Shown here: positions 26,796 through 37,465 of the stretch, in pieces
Layout: every line of letters starts with the position of its first letter
Numbering within the stretch: position 1 is the stretch's first letter
From: Camelus dromedarius
Lineage: Eukaryota
Reading direction: 5' to 3'
Assembly (NCBI RefSeq): GCF_036321535.1
Contig: NC_087437.1
Coordinates: 38,938,001-39,002,000 of the forward strand
Length of the DNA stretch: 64,000 bases
The notes under the pieces: generated by a model
The model's database searches: none
Told to the model about the DNA's origin: nothing
The model's input: the letters and a program-made list of their open reading frames with translations, nothing else
Program-made: the position numbers and the translations under genes

Positions 26796-28379
26796 AAATG
26801 GGAAATGGGATTGGTTCTTTTCTCTGGAGAATGAGAACCAGAGAAGCTTCAGGAGGGTGCAGACTGGCACTGCCCAGGGGTGAATATGGGCTAAAAACAG
26901 CAGGACTCCCTTCCACTGTTTGGTCCCCAAGCACCAGCCACAAGCTGTCTGCTTCCACAGGCAGGAAATTGGGGCTACTTTTCTGGAAAAACTGAATGAC
27001 CCTAAAAATCAGATTTCCATACATGGGCATCCAGGAGCTTCTCAAAAACAAAGTTCACCCCTAATCACCTAACAGTGAGCCCACCAGTTATAAGCCCTTT
27101 CTATCATACAGAACTCCTAGTCAGCTTCCGTGCCTCGTGCTTAAATACAGACAGGTGGCAATAATCTGATCCTTGAGAAAGCCTAAAGCATAAAAGGAAG
27201 AGACTAAAAGAAATCTTGAACTGAAAAAGACTTGGAGGAAACAAATATTTCATAAGAAAATATAAGAAAAAAAGTTGATCCGTAATTCAGTTGTTTATGT
27301 AAGGAGACTGACATCAGTTGCTTATAGTCACAAACTTAGAAACAACTAAATGTGTATCAGTAGGTTGCTGGCTAAATGAATTCTGCTGTATTATTCTGAT
27401 AAGCCCATACTCTGGAAAAAAATCAAAAGGGTTAAAATAATTCTACAAATTTCAAAATGGAAAAATATTCATACCATTTTGTTTGCTAAGTTAAGAAAAT
27501 ACTTTTTACACAGTATAAAAAAACAGTAGACTGTGAACCCATGCATGCAAAAAATATGTTTGTGTGTCCCCAGAAAGAACTGGATATTAATATATCAGAT
27601 CATTAGCAGTGATTATATCTGGGAGGATCTTAGTGGCAAACTTGAGTCCCTATATTTATTCCTTGTTCAGGCTCTTTTAAATGCTAGAAATTTGGGCTTT
27701 TGTAGTTAAGAAAGAATATTAATTTTTTTTAACTGAAACACACTCAGGACACCTGCAGAATAACCGAGTGACTGACTTTATTTAGCCATATCTGCTTGGG
27801 AGTCAAGGATGATACTGCTTTACCAAAACATTCCCAACATGAGTTAACTTAAAATAAACTCATCTCAACCAAAACTATGTTGCTTGTTAACTATGGTTCA
27901 GTTGTATAATATGTGAAGTTCTGAAGTCACAGTAACACTTCTTATGATGTTATCAGAGAATTTACTTGGTGACAATCTGGATTACATGTGATTTTCTAGA
28001 AACTTTAATCTAATACATTTTCCTTATGATGCATAAAATTTGTGCTGTGTCTTTCCTTGTTAACTGGTGCTGCTGGTTTTGGATCTCCTGAAGGTACAAC
28101 TTTCCCCTGGGGGCTTCTTTCTTTGTAGGAATCAGGAAAACCCTAAGAAAGGCTTGAGAGATTCCTGGGATTTGGAGGCCAATTGCTGGTTTGGGCTGGG
28201 TGGTTAGTTGTAGGGCCCAGGAACAGATACAGCCTAAGTCATTGTCAAGGAGGGGAGCTACAGTTGGTGTCAGAGAGGATTACAGGTCCATCTCCAGGTC
28301 CCATCTGTAGGAAATGAGACCAGAAATAAAAATTCTATAAACTCTCTGTGGTTTCCAGTGTCCTGAGAATAACATCAAA

Positions 28380-28700
28380 ACTCCTCAGGCTGAAAAACCC
28401 TATTTGCCCTACCAAGCTCTCATCACTTGGGCCAAATTGGCCTTCTTTCAGATCTCTGGAGGCCAAGCGTCTTCTCCTTTCAGAGCCTCTGCTCATTGTA
28501 TTTCTTTCCACCTGAATGGCATCCCCTGGCTCTCCTGTGGCTGACTTCTTTCTTTTCACCCTTTCAGGTCACAGTGTCAGCTTTCCCAGTGAGGCTTTCC
28601 TAATTAGTGAATCTTAGTAAGCTTCCTTTATCTCTGTTTCAGCCCCTGATTGCTTCCATCTTAGCACTTCACAATTTGTATTTATTTAGGTGCTTTTACT
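28380..28700 (+). mobile_element. LINE L2 3' region
   Basis: aaaactcctcaggctg..., ccacctgaatggcatccc, ttcaggtcacagtgtca, ttagcacttcacaatttgta; the L2 tail aaatatttgttgaatggataaat-like motif resumes at about 29240-29285. Confidence 0.6.
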
Positions 28701-28732
28701 TACTTTCCTTTTATTTATTTAAATTAAAGAAT

Positions 28733-28802
28733 TTTTTTTTTATTGAAGTGTAGTTGATTTACAGTGTTAGTTTCAAGTGTACAGCAAAATGATTCAGTTA
28801 TA
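28733..28802 (-). mobile_element. Short L1 3' end fragment (cetartiodactyl type)
   Basis: Poly-T followed by attgaagtgtagttgatttacagtgttagtttcaagtgtacagcaaaatgattcagttata. Confidence 0.75.
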
Positions 28803-28839
28803 GTGCCAAGTGACCGTGGACTTCCTTTCCTTGGTACGC

Positions 28840-29220
28840 TCTGCTGCTGAAACCGTCAGTGCAGCACCCATGTCCCTCTCCTTCATCACTGCACACCTGT
28901 CAGATTTCCAGCTGCCAGCATTTGCATTTCCGTGCCTGAAAACTTAAACTTTGGCTTCTGGACACTCACTCTGCCTACCTGTGCTTCTGCCTGAAATGCT
29001 GGAGAAGATGTAGCCTCGACCAATCACTGATAAGAATTCGTGTATAAATGCCCCGGCTCCCTCACTCATTTAGGGAGCTTGTCACTAGAATTGTTAGCTG
29101 GCTTACTCATGAATGTTTTTATTGGCTGACTCTCTTTCTCTGTCTCATTTCACCACTTCCTTACTAGTGTTTTCTGCGCTTTCCAAGTAAACTACTTATA
29201 CTCAAACCTCAGTGTGAGGG
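28840..29220 (+). mobile_element. ERVL LTR (LTR16-like)
   Basis: ttccagctgccagcatttgcat, ccaatcactga...tgtataaatgccccggctccctcac, taaactacttatactcaaacc. Confidence 0.6.
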
Positions 29221-30722
29221 GAAGATTCTGGTATGTGTGGGTGACAGTAAGTATTTGTTGAATGGATAAATGACTGGATAAATAGTTAAATAGAATAATA
29301 GATAAAAAGTAGGTTACAAAATAGAGTTCAAGGATGCATGAGGTGTAAGCTTTCAAACTATTGACCGAAAAAGCAAATGTGTGGTGAGCTCGTTCTAATT
29401 GGAATTAGTTGGCTCTCAAAAAACAGGTAAGCCTACATAACAGTTTAGGTATAGGCAGTTTACAGTCTAATATGGCATTTAAAAGATAGGGTTTCTTTAG
29501 GCTCCCTGCCCAATTCTTGATGATTTGCTGGATGCCTGACTTATGTGAACTTATACCTTTATTGTTTTATTACAGTATTTACCTAAAGCATTAGTGTGCT
29601 GTGCAAACTCATAAATAACGTTCAACACGAATTTTATTCAGTTTAGGTGAAGTTAACAGTCCAAAAATTCACCTTTCAGAAATATATCTGAAAGTGAGAA
29701 TTGGACTATAAGTGAAATCAGATGGTGAGATTTAGCACCACAGAAAGAAGTGATCACAGAAAGGGACGGTGGCTGTGGAGGATGAGGTAACGGGTTTTAG
29801 TGCGGGAAGCACTGTCAGACGCTTTTGTCCGTGTCATCACTGGACAAGTTCAGAGTTGCTTAGGGACAGACTAGAATCCTGAATCAGGAACTCGTTTCTG
29901 TTTTCAGCAGATTGTGCCTATGGAGACTAAGCTAGACTGGGAGTTTCCTGATGGCACAAAAGAACATCAAAGTCTGACCTTAGGAAGGTCAGTGTACGGC
30001 ATGCAGGTGACTTTGAATGCATGAAAAGTTTAATTATAATTAGTATTGTTTTCTAACGCGAGACAATTGGTATGGACTAGTAAATCATTCCTCCCTAAGG
30101 AAAGCATTCTTCGAATTACAATAGAATTTAATTCTGATGCCCCAGGTGATAGGTGCTATCTAGCCCAATGCATTTAAAAATTAAAGCTTAATATGTCTAA
30201 AATCTTCTAAATTTGTATAAATTTCCTATAAGGAAACACTGATAGAATGGTGCTGGTTGAAAAATATTTGTGTTTAAACAAGCATTATGTGTAAAGCTGA
30301 GCTAACTAAACATGCTAATGGAAAATATTGTTCAGAAACATTTTCCAGGAAAAATTTAACTTCTTTTGATGAATCAGCCTGCTTTTTCTTTATGGATATT
30401 GAGAATCTTGCAATTGTGTGTCTTTTTACATTTTGGCTACCAAAGAGCTCAGAACATCATTTGCACCTCGATTTGCTCAAGCACATGGGAACGTATGACT
30501 TTTATATTTGTCTTTCTAAATTTTCCCTTGTTTTAAAAATCTATTCTGATTTTTTTTTTCCCCTGGGCCTGATTTTTTTTTTTTCATTGCCTGTGTTTTT
30601 CTCTCCTTCTCTATGTAAGTCACCACAAGCTTTTTGTGGAAAATGAAGGAACAAATGATTCATGAATAAAACATAAAGCCATCTATTTTTATTGCATTAC
30701 TATTCTTTTTTTTTTTTTTAAG

Positions 30723-30855
30723 GCCAAATGTTTGTGAAGAACAGAAACTGATGGTGGTGGGACTTGCACACCCATGTGTCCAAGCATCCACACACACCGT
30801 CAAGACCTGGAAACGGCTGCACGGGCCCAAGATGGTGTGTGGGTTATGAAGGAAG
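30723..30855 (+). pseudogene. EGFEM1: EGFEM1 exon encoding the N-terminal half of the EMI domain (probably coding exon 2), frameshifted
   Basis: Poly-T tract plus AG at 30721-30722 and donor GTAAG at 30856. The frame from 30724 gives PNVCEEQKLMVVGLAHPCVQASTHTVKTWK; the frame from 30815 gives GCTGPRWCVGYEG(R). Length is 133 bp, and the unshifted frame stops at TGA 30847-30849. Confidence 0.9.
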
Positions 30856-31524
30856 GTAAGAGTGCTTCTGCTATTTCCTCTTAATTCCTCAAAATCAAAA
30901 CCAAAGCCTCAGCTGCATCTGAAGATTTCACCCCAAGACATTTTAGAAAATAATTACATAATTAAATAAACATGCACAAGATACACCCACCAGGAACTTT
31001 TCTGAGTTATATATTTTCCTTTAGGAACAGGATATATTCTTACTTTACTTGAGGCCTCATTTATATGTGAGCTATAGTGGATTAGATGCCTCTAATTTTA
31101 CCTCATGACAAGATAGGCTACTGAAAGCTGAAAGTCAGCAGGCTGACAGAAACAAGGAATATTGTGTTGGTTTGCTAAATTTACCATGACTTGGATCCAG
31201 GGCATCTACGGTTGTGAACCACCATCTGACCTGCCCTTGGTTCTCTTGTAATACCTTGAAACCTAGAGATTCTTACCTGTATTATGGCCTTTGAGTTAGG
31301 GTTCACTCAGCTGGCTGGGGGAGGAGAGACAAAGCAAGTACATGCTTTCTATGTTAAGGCTTCATAAGGATTTAAAAAAAAAAGTCTTAAAATAGTTTTA
31401 TGAAACATCTAAGTACCTCTTAATACAAATAGTCGCTAATGGGTTCAAGTTTTATATAAATGAATCAATTTGGTCTGAATTCAGGATACTTAAAGTTAAA
31501 AAAAGCATGGCTTTAGATTAATGA

Positions 31525-31610
31525 ATTCTTCTTCTCCTCCTTTTCCTCCTCTTCCCCCCTCCCTTTCCCTCCCCCCTCCCCCTCCTTCTCCTTCCTACTA
31601 CTACTACTGC
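31525..31610. repeat. CT-rich low-complexity tract followed by (CTA)n
   Basis: Directly visible. Confidence 0.85.
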
Positions 31611-31784
31611 TAAAAGAAAGTTGAGGACATTTGTAGATAACTGGGTTTGCCATTGTATAGAAATGGCAGAACACTGATAATATAGGACTAAATAAAATAA
31701 GACTGCATCATGTATAATTGTGAATATTTACATATACATTTTGTATTCTTATCAGATGAATAGTTTTGTTGTTCTTCTTGTTGT

Positions 31785-32005
31785 TAGTCTAAACTCTGGA
31801 TCTTTAAATGAAGTTTAAATTGGAAAGCCTCTCCTGACTTTTCCCAGCTGTATAGCACTGGGAAAGTTCCTCTATTTCTCTGTGCCTCAGTCTGTAAAGT
31901 TAGAAAAATACCACCACACATGGGTATTATGAGGACTCACTGAAAACGTATTTCACACATGTGGCATCATGCCTGGTACATAGTAGGTACTCAATACGTT
32001 TGTTC
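31785..32005 (+). mobile_element. MIR SINE
   Basis: ctctgtgcctcagt core and tgcctggtacatagtaggtactcaata tail. Confidence 0.75.
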
Positions 32006-32674
32006 ATTAGAGAACCTGCTTTTGAAAATGGCTTTTCACGTAGATTTTTTGGTCCTCCTCCCAGAGGTTTAACCATTGTTGATATTAGACTGAACCAAAG
32101 TTAAGTTCACTACCTGTAGACATTCAGACTTGAGAAAGCAAACATGAATGAGGAAAACGTGTTTTATATTTTTATTTTCAAGAGCTTTGTAGTTTTATAC
32201 ATTCCTTTATTCAGCAGATATTTATGACACTGAGTTTGGAGTTGAGGCTGTGTTAAAAGATCTTTGGCCTTTTTCCCAAACTTGTATCCCTTTGGTTTGT
32301 ATGTAAGTATGCTCACCTAGACTTATAGCCCTGTTGGAGAGATACACATCCAGAAATACTAGGAGACACTTCAAGATGGTGAAAAATTAAGTGCCATAAA
32401 AAATGGTATAGCCATTAAGCCTTACTTTTGAGAGGAGAGAAAGAGTGATATACATGATGGGGAAAGAAAAGTTGGAGAAAGTGAAACTTGACCTTGACTT
32501 TGAATGAGGAGGTTTGGGCTGGGGATATGGGAATAGGTATGTGAGGCGGAGTGAATATACTGCTTTGGGGATGAAGAATAAATATGACATTAATTTGATA
32601 GAAAGGAAGTTTAGCCAGTTTAGAGATGTTTGGTATTTTTTTCTGTTAAGAGGTCAGCACAAATAGCTATAGTG

Positions 32675-32936
32675 TAGTGTTTTCAACCTTTTCAGCCTTT
32701 TTTGGTCATTTCCCCCCTACAAAAGAGCCTTTGTAAACTTTAAAAAAATTTTAGTAATCATCCCCTTTCCCCATGAAGTTTTAATAACACTGATGCGTTT
32801 TATTTCTGTTTATGTACTGTGCAGGTTTGTAGGACCACTGACTCTTGTATTAGCTAAGATTGTTTTTTCACCCTTCCTACCCAAGAACTAATTGCCTCCC
32901 CCTTGTGGGGGATGTCACCACTGTTGAGAATGCGTG
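32675..32936. mobile_element. Probable hAT-type non-autonomous DNA transposon (family unresolved)
   Basis: Inverted termini tgttttcaac ... gttgagaatgc. Confidence 0.45.
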
Positions 32937-33319
32937 CTGTCGTGGGACCAATATATGAGGGGCCTTCACTGTCGAGTTGAAAAGCATGTGCCTTGTTATC
33001 CTGCAGGGTTTCATTATTCTCTTCATAATTTGGGGTTTCATTTTGGATAGCCTGAGTAACTCTTAGGATAGTTTCTGCTATAGGTCTGGAGGTCCCTGTT
33101 AATTTTCAATAACTATACCTATATTGAATCTTGGTTACATATTTAGTGAGGGGTGTGTGTGAGTGCATGCGTGCATGTATAACATATACAGATAATATAT
33201 TTGTGTGTTTGTGTATAAATGGGAGGATTTAGGTTGAAGGGAGAAGTTTTTAGTGGGTTTAAGATGACAGCTTTGGCCTTTAGAGGAAGCAAGACTAATC
33301 TAGGTTCTGTATTTCTTAG

Positions 33320-33429
33320 GACCTGGTCTTACACTGTCTACAGACAAGGATACAGCATGGAGCAGCAGACCATCTACAGGCGCTGCCCTGGTTGGAGCTG
33401 GCGGGACAGTGAACCTGGCTGCCTCCGCT
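33320..33429 (+). pseudogene. EGFEM1: EGFEM1 exon encoding the C-terminal half of the EMI domain
   Basis: TTTCTTAG acceptor and GTAAGT donor; 110 bp; open frame TWSYTVYRQGYSMEQQTIYRRCPGWSWRDSEPGCLR with the EMI motif YR..Y....(C)CPGW. Lies inside ORF 33219..33440. Confidence 0.9.
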
Positions 33430-34830
33430 GTAAGTTGTAATTCTTCCTGTCTGACTCTCTGTCACTAGGAGTAACAGTTTTACTCTGTTTTGGGCTTCAA
33501 TCATATCATGCCTGTCAAGTTTTAGGCATCTTTAGAATCACCACAGATTCAGAGCATCTCTTTGGACTGAAAATGCACACACGACATGTGCAAAAATGCA
33601 CAAAAAGCCTTTCTGTGAAATGTTTCCAATGATAGGTCTGAAATCAGAACCCGTAGAACGGCTGCTTTATATTCTGTCTCCTTATGTAAAAGACAGTTTA
33701 TTTAAAGCCAGACAGGTTACACCTTGATGTCCATCTCCCTTTTCTGTTTGCCCCTTTCCCATATCATCACATTTGTAATCCACAGTTGATTCAAAAGTCC
33801 GGAGGGAAATCACCGTACTAAATCTAAATGGGATTTCTCGACTTGTGCTTGTCATGATTAATTGCAGAACTCTGGAAGCAGTTTACTTTTTAAGATGAGG
33901 TGTGCGGTCCTTTTCTAAACCTCTGGTGAGGATATTCCAGAACCTATGGAGTATGTTTGACAGCACTCCAGCAGCAGAAATAGTGGCATTGTATAGTTCA
34001 TCCATGCCAGGAGAAACGGCTCCAGTTAGAGACTCCTTTACCTGTGTGTTTACCGTAACTGCGAAGTCACTTAAAATGCTTCGGTGTGTTGCAATCAGTG
34101 CAGCGCCCCAGCACAACAATTCATCTTTTCTGTTATCCTGCACCTTCGGGACTTTGTTGGCATCCTGGTTCCTTCCCCACTGTGCTTTCTGCTCTTGAAA
34201 TAGCTTAGTGAAGTGGCCTCAGGCTTCCCATGTTAAGCAGGCTTAATGTGAAGGGATGCACAAGGGTCACTGTATTTGCACGCAGGGCTGGGCCACTGCA
34301 GCTGGCTGATTTAAGCTCAGCGCATCCATCTGTCCGCGATATCATCTCAACTGTATTACACAGTCTGGGAAATTAATGACTGTGAGATGAAAGTTTTATC
34401 TTGTTGTATGGCATCTAGCACAGTCTTTTACCTCTGGTATTAGTATTTCTTGCTGGTTTTTTATATTGTTTTGGCTACACCATCACATGCTCCATGGATT
34501 TTCTTTAGATGAGTGCTACTCAAACTTGAATATGAATACAGATCACCTAGTACCTTGCTAAGAAAAGGATTCTGATTCAGTAGCTCTGGAATGGGGCATT
34601 TCTACAAAGCTTCAAGTGATGTAGAAGTTACCATGTACAGAGTTCTACAAGGCTTTATTCAGACAGCATTACTTTGTGATGAAAACACTGTTTTCCACGG
34701 AGGGGCTATGGAGGAACTGGTACAGGTTTCTAGATTACATCTATATTAGCAACATGGTGCTTGCCTTGGGGATTTTCTTTCTTTCCCTCAAGTCCATTCT
34801 CCCCCGCCTCCTTGTCCACCTTCCTTTTAG

Positions 34831-34935
34831 CTGTCTCTGCAATGGGGACTTGTTTCAGTGGAAGGAGATACTCAGAGGGTGAAGCCCAGCGGTGCCAGTG
34901 TTCCAAGGGTTTTCAGGGACCCCGATGTCAATATG
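34831..34935 (+). pseudogene. EGFEM1: EGFEM1 exon encoding the first, degenerate EGF-like repeat
   Basis: Pyrimidine tract plus TTTTAG acceptor and GTGAGT donor; 105 bp, phase 1-1 as typical for EGF modules; ends in CQCSKGFQGPRCQY (C-x-C-x2-G-F-x-G-x2-C). Lies inside ORF 34761..35018. Confidence 0.9.
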
Positions 34936-36999
34936 GTGAGTCGCCAACAAGGCCATTTTATTGTGATTTGATGCTGTCTGCCTTGCTTTTGGGGACAGGC
35001 CATGTTTGTCGATTCTGACTAATGGCAGAGTTATCCCTCCGGGGACTGGTGAGCATTTAAAATGAGCCACTAAGCAAAAACCTACAACCTACAGAGTACT
35101 TAGCCTCACAAATTATGCTTTGCAGTTTAGTTTTAATTATTCACTATCAGAGTTCAAAGGGTAGCGGTAAGTACAGAATACTCTTATTTTGTAAAGGAAA
35201 TGGCAGCTTAATAAGAAAACCTCTTTCTGACCTCAGATGTTAAATCTTTAACGGAGCCATGGTTTGGAAGCGCTGGTATAGTATTCTTTTGTGAGATTTA
35301 TGTGGTTTGTGAATAAACAAAGTGGGTATTAAGACAAATGCAGTGTGATGTGATATTTACTACTTTAGTGTCCTTTGTTTAAAAAAGAAAAAAGCGCAGA
35401 AAAACCTGACACTTGCATGATTCTCAAAGTTTCAAAACTTGGTAACCTAGTTTTCAAGGATGGAGCTTAATCAACTGTCAGCTTTGGACATGTACCTTTA
35501 AGATGTTTCTTGTACAGGAAATCTTCAAAATGGCCAATGATTTATCTTTTACTGTATCTGCTCTGAGATTGGGTGGTTTCAAAAGGAGTTGTTTTGACTT
35601 GATCATCTGATTCTGGTCTCCAGAGAATGTGAATGCGTCTGCACTTATCTTTGCAAGGCAGAAAAAACAAAACAAAACCTATTGTATAGAAGTTAAAGAA
35701 ATAGGTGTAAAAAACTAACAAAACTATCGTATGAATTACCTTCTGCTGATGTGTTTGCCTTCTCTTATCCCTACCTGAATCTTTGTCAGTGGAATTGGAA
35801 GGTTGCTGAGAGCTCATCACTCATGTCCATTTGCCTCCTCTGCCCTTGGCGTAAGGTTCAGGCTCACGTTTTTCATGGGTCACCTTAAAAGCTATTTTTC
35901 TTGTAAATTAATCTTGATACTTTTTCTAGGTTGTTTGCTTTTTTTTTAAAAAAAATTGTGAATTAAAATAAAGCCAATTTTCAATACCAATTTATTCTTT
36001 GACAATGGAACACTGATTCTGAAATAGAGGGCAGTGTATACCTTGAGCTCTGAGGTGTATCTTCAACTGTTCCCATTATTTTTAAGACATTGACAGACCT
36101 GTATGTTGATCCATGAGATTGAATTATTTGCCCTTAAGTAATTGTTTCAACTATGTGGGCAACACTGGTTTCTTCGTCTTGATCAGTAGCTCAATACATG
36201 TCATTAATTCATTAAGAATTTAAAAAGTAATTAATTATTACTTTATTAATTCATTTGTTTTAGTAGAATAAATCTTGCAAAACATCAAGTCCCTGAGGGG
36301 AGAGGTAATTAAGAGACATATGGTAATGATAATGACCTAGAAATTACACCTGGATTAATTTATTCTTTATTTTTCTACATCAGTACTTGAATATTTTGAT
36401 TATTTCAATTTCTTAACGATTTTTATTTACCAAAGTAATTAGGTAGCTAGATTTTGTAGTTTTTAGTTTTGTGTTCGTGAAAATACTGGATTATTTTAAA
36501 CATAGGCAGAATCAGTGTGTGTTTTCCACAAGTTTGTTTGTATACCAAAAATTTCCATAAGTCACTGGGGGAGACCAACCTTACAGAATACCATTAGGAG
36601 TCTGCATTGCCTTTTTTAGTGTTGTTGTCCAAATGTGTTTACAAGACAGTTAAGAATGAATGACATGAACTGAGTCTTGACAGTGGATCAAAAATGAAAA
36701 TTAGAAAAGACTGTTTTTAAAAAGAATGTAATTGAAAGGGCATATACATACTCTATCAAGCAGGTGGATTATAGTCTGGAGGTACTGCCTATAACCTGTC
36801 TCTTATCCAATGGCTGGATTTGAGTTCTGAATTATGAGTGTATAATCCTTGGTCTGATTGACATTACTGTCTCTAAATATGGTGTGTGTGTGTGTGTATA
36901 TATATATACATATATATATTCACTGTTTTTCAAATTATATAAACAACGATTCAAATGATAAAAATAATTCAAATCCTAAAAAATTTAAATTATTAAAAA

Positions 37000-37465
37000 T
37001 TAACAGTATATACAATATAGAAAAGTAAAAATGTATGGTTCTTGTGCCCTTAGAAAAACATGTGGTCACTTTTTAATGTATATTTAGTCATAGTCATACA
37101 ATATATGATAATCAGACAATATATGCAATTTTAATTAAATGAGATCATATATACTGTTTTGACATGAATGTCCCTCTGTTTTTCTTACGTTACTTTTTCT
37201 TCTCTTCCCATCCAACTTTCTCTTCCCGCCCTAGATTACAATCTTCTGAATACTCTTTTGTATATTTCTCTGGTCTCATAGGATCATATACAAACAGTTG
37301 CATAAGATTTCATGGTAGTGATGTGCCATACATTTTAAACTACTCATTTTTTGATGGACATTCATTTTTTTTCCAGTTTTTTTGGCACAAAGATCAGTGC
37401 TGTAATAACATGCTGCTTTTACTTCCATGATACAGATTCCCAGCAGTGGGACTGTTAGGTTCAAT
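37000..37465 (-). mobile_element. Ancient L1M 3' fragment
   Basis: aatgagatcatatatac, ttgatggacatt, agattcccagcagtgggactgttaggttcaa. Confidence 0.6.

Larger units (their letters stand above)
30723..34935 (+). pseudogene. EGFEM1: EGF-like and EMI domain-containing 1 (MEGF6 paralogue), three internal exons; probably disabled
   Basis: Three AG/GT-bounded exons with compatible phases (2-2, 2-1, 1-1). Joined with one frameshift correction they read PNVCEEQKLMVVGLAHPCVQASTHTVKTWK/GCTGPRWCVGYEGRTWSYTVYRQGYSMEQQTIYRRCPGWSWRDSEPGCLRSVSAMGTCFSGRRYSEGEAQRCQCSKGFQGPRCQY, an EMI domain plus an EGF-like repeat. PNVC, GPRWCVGYE, EPGC and the degenerate EGF fit recalled mouse Egfem1 better than MEGF6. The AT-rich context also argues against GC-rich MEGF6. 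Confidence 0.88.

Noticed and set aside
1..30720. Search for the EGFEM1 signal-peptide exon and a CpG-island promoter
   Set aside because: No convincing hydrophobic leader ending in a phase-2 donor and no CpG island found; probably upstream of the window. The candidate MAAAAGWCLLLTLISVF near 19680 lacks a suitable donor and homology.
33883..34198. Overlapping 86-98 aa ORFs as a nested gene or GFP fragment
   Set aside because: Non-ATG starts, no domain, and only six residues resemble GFP
30723..34935. Assignment to MEGF6
   Set aside because: Exon layout is similar, but the residues and AT-rich context fit the paralogue EGFEM1 better
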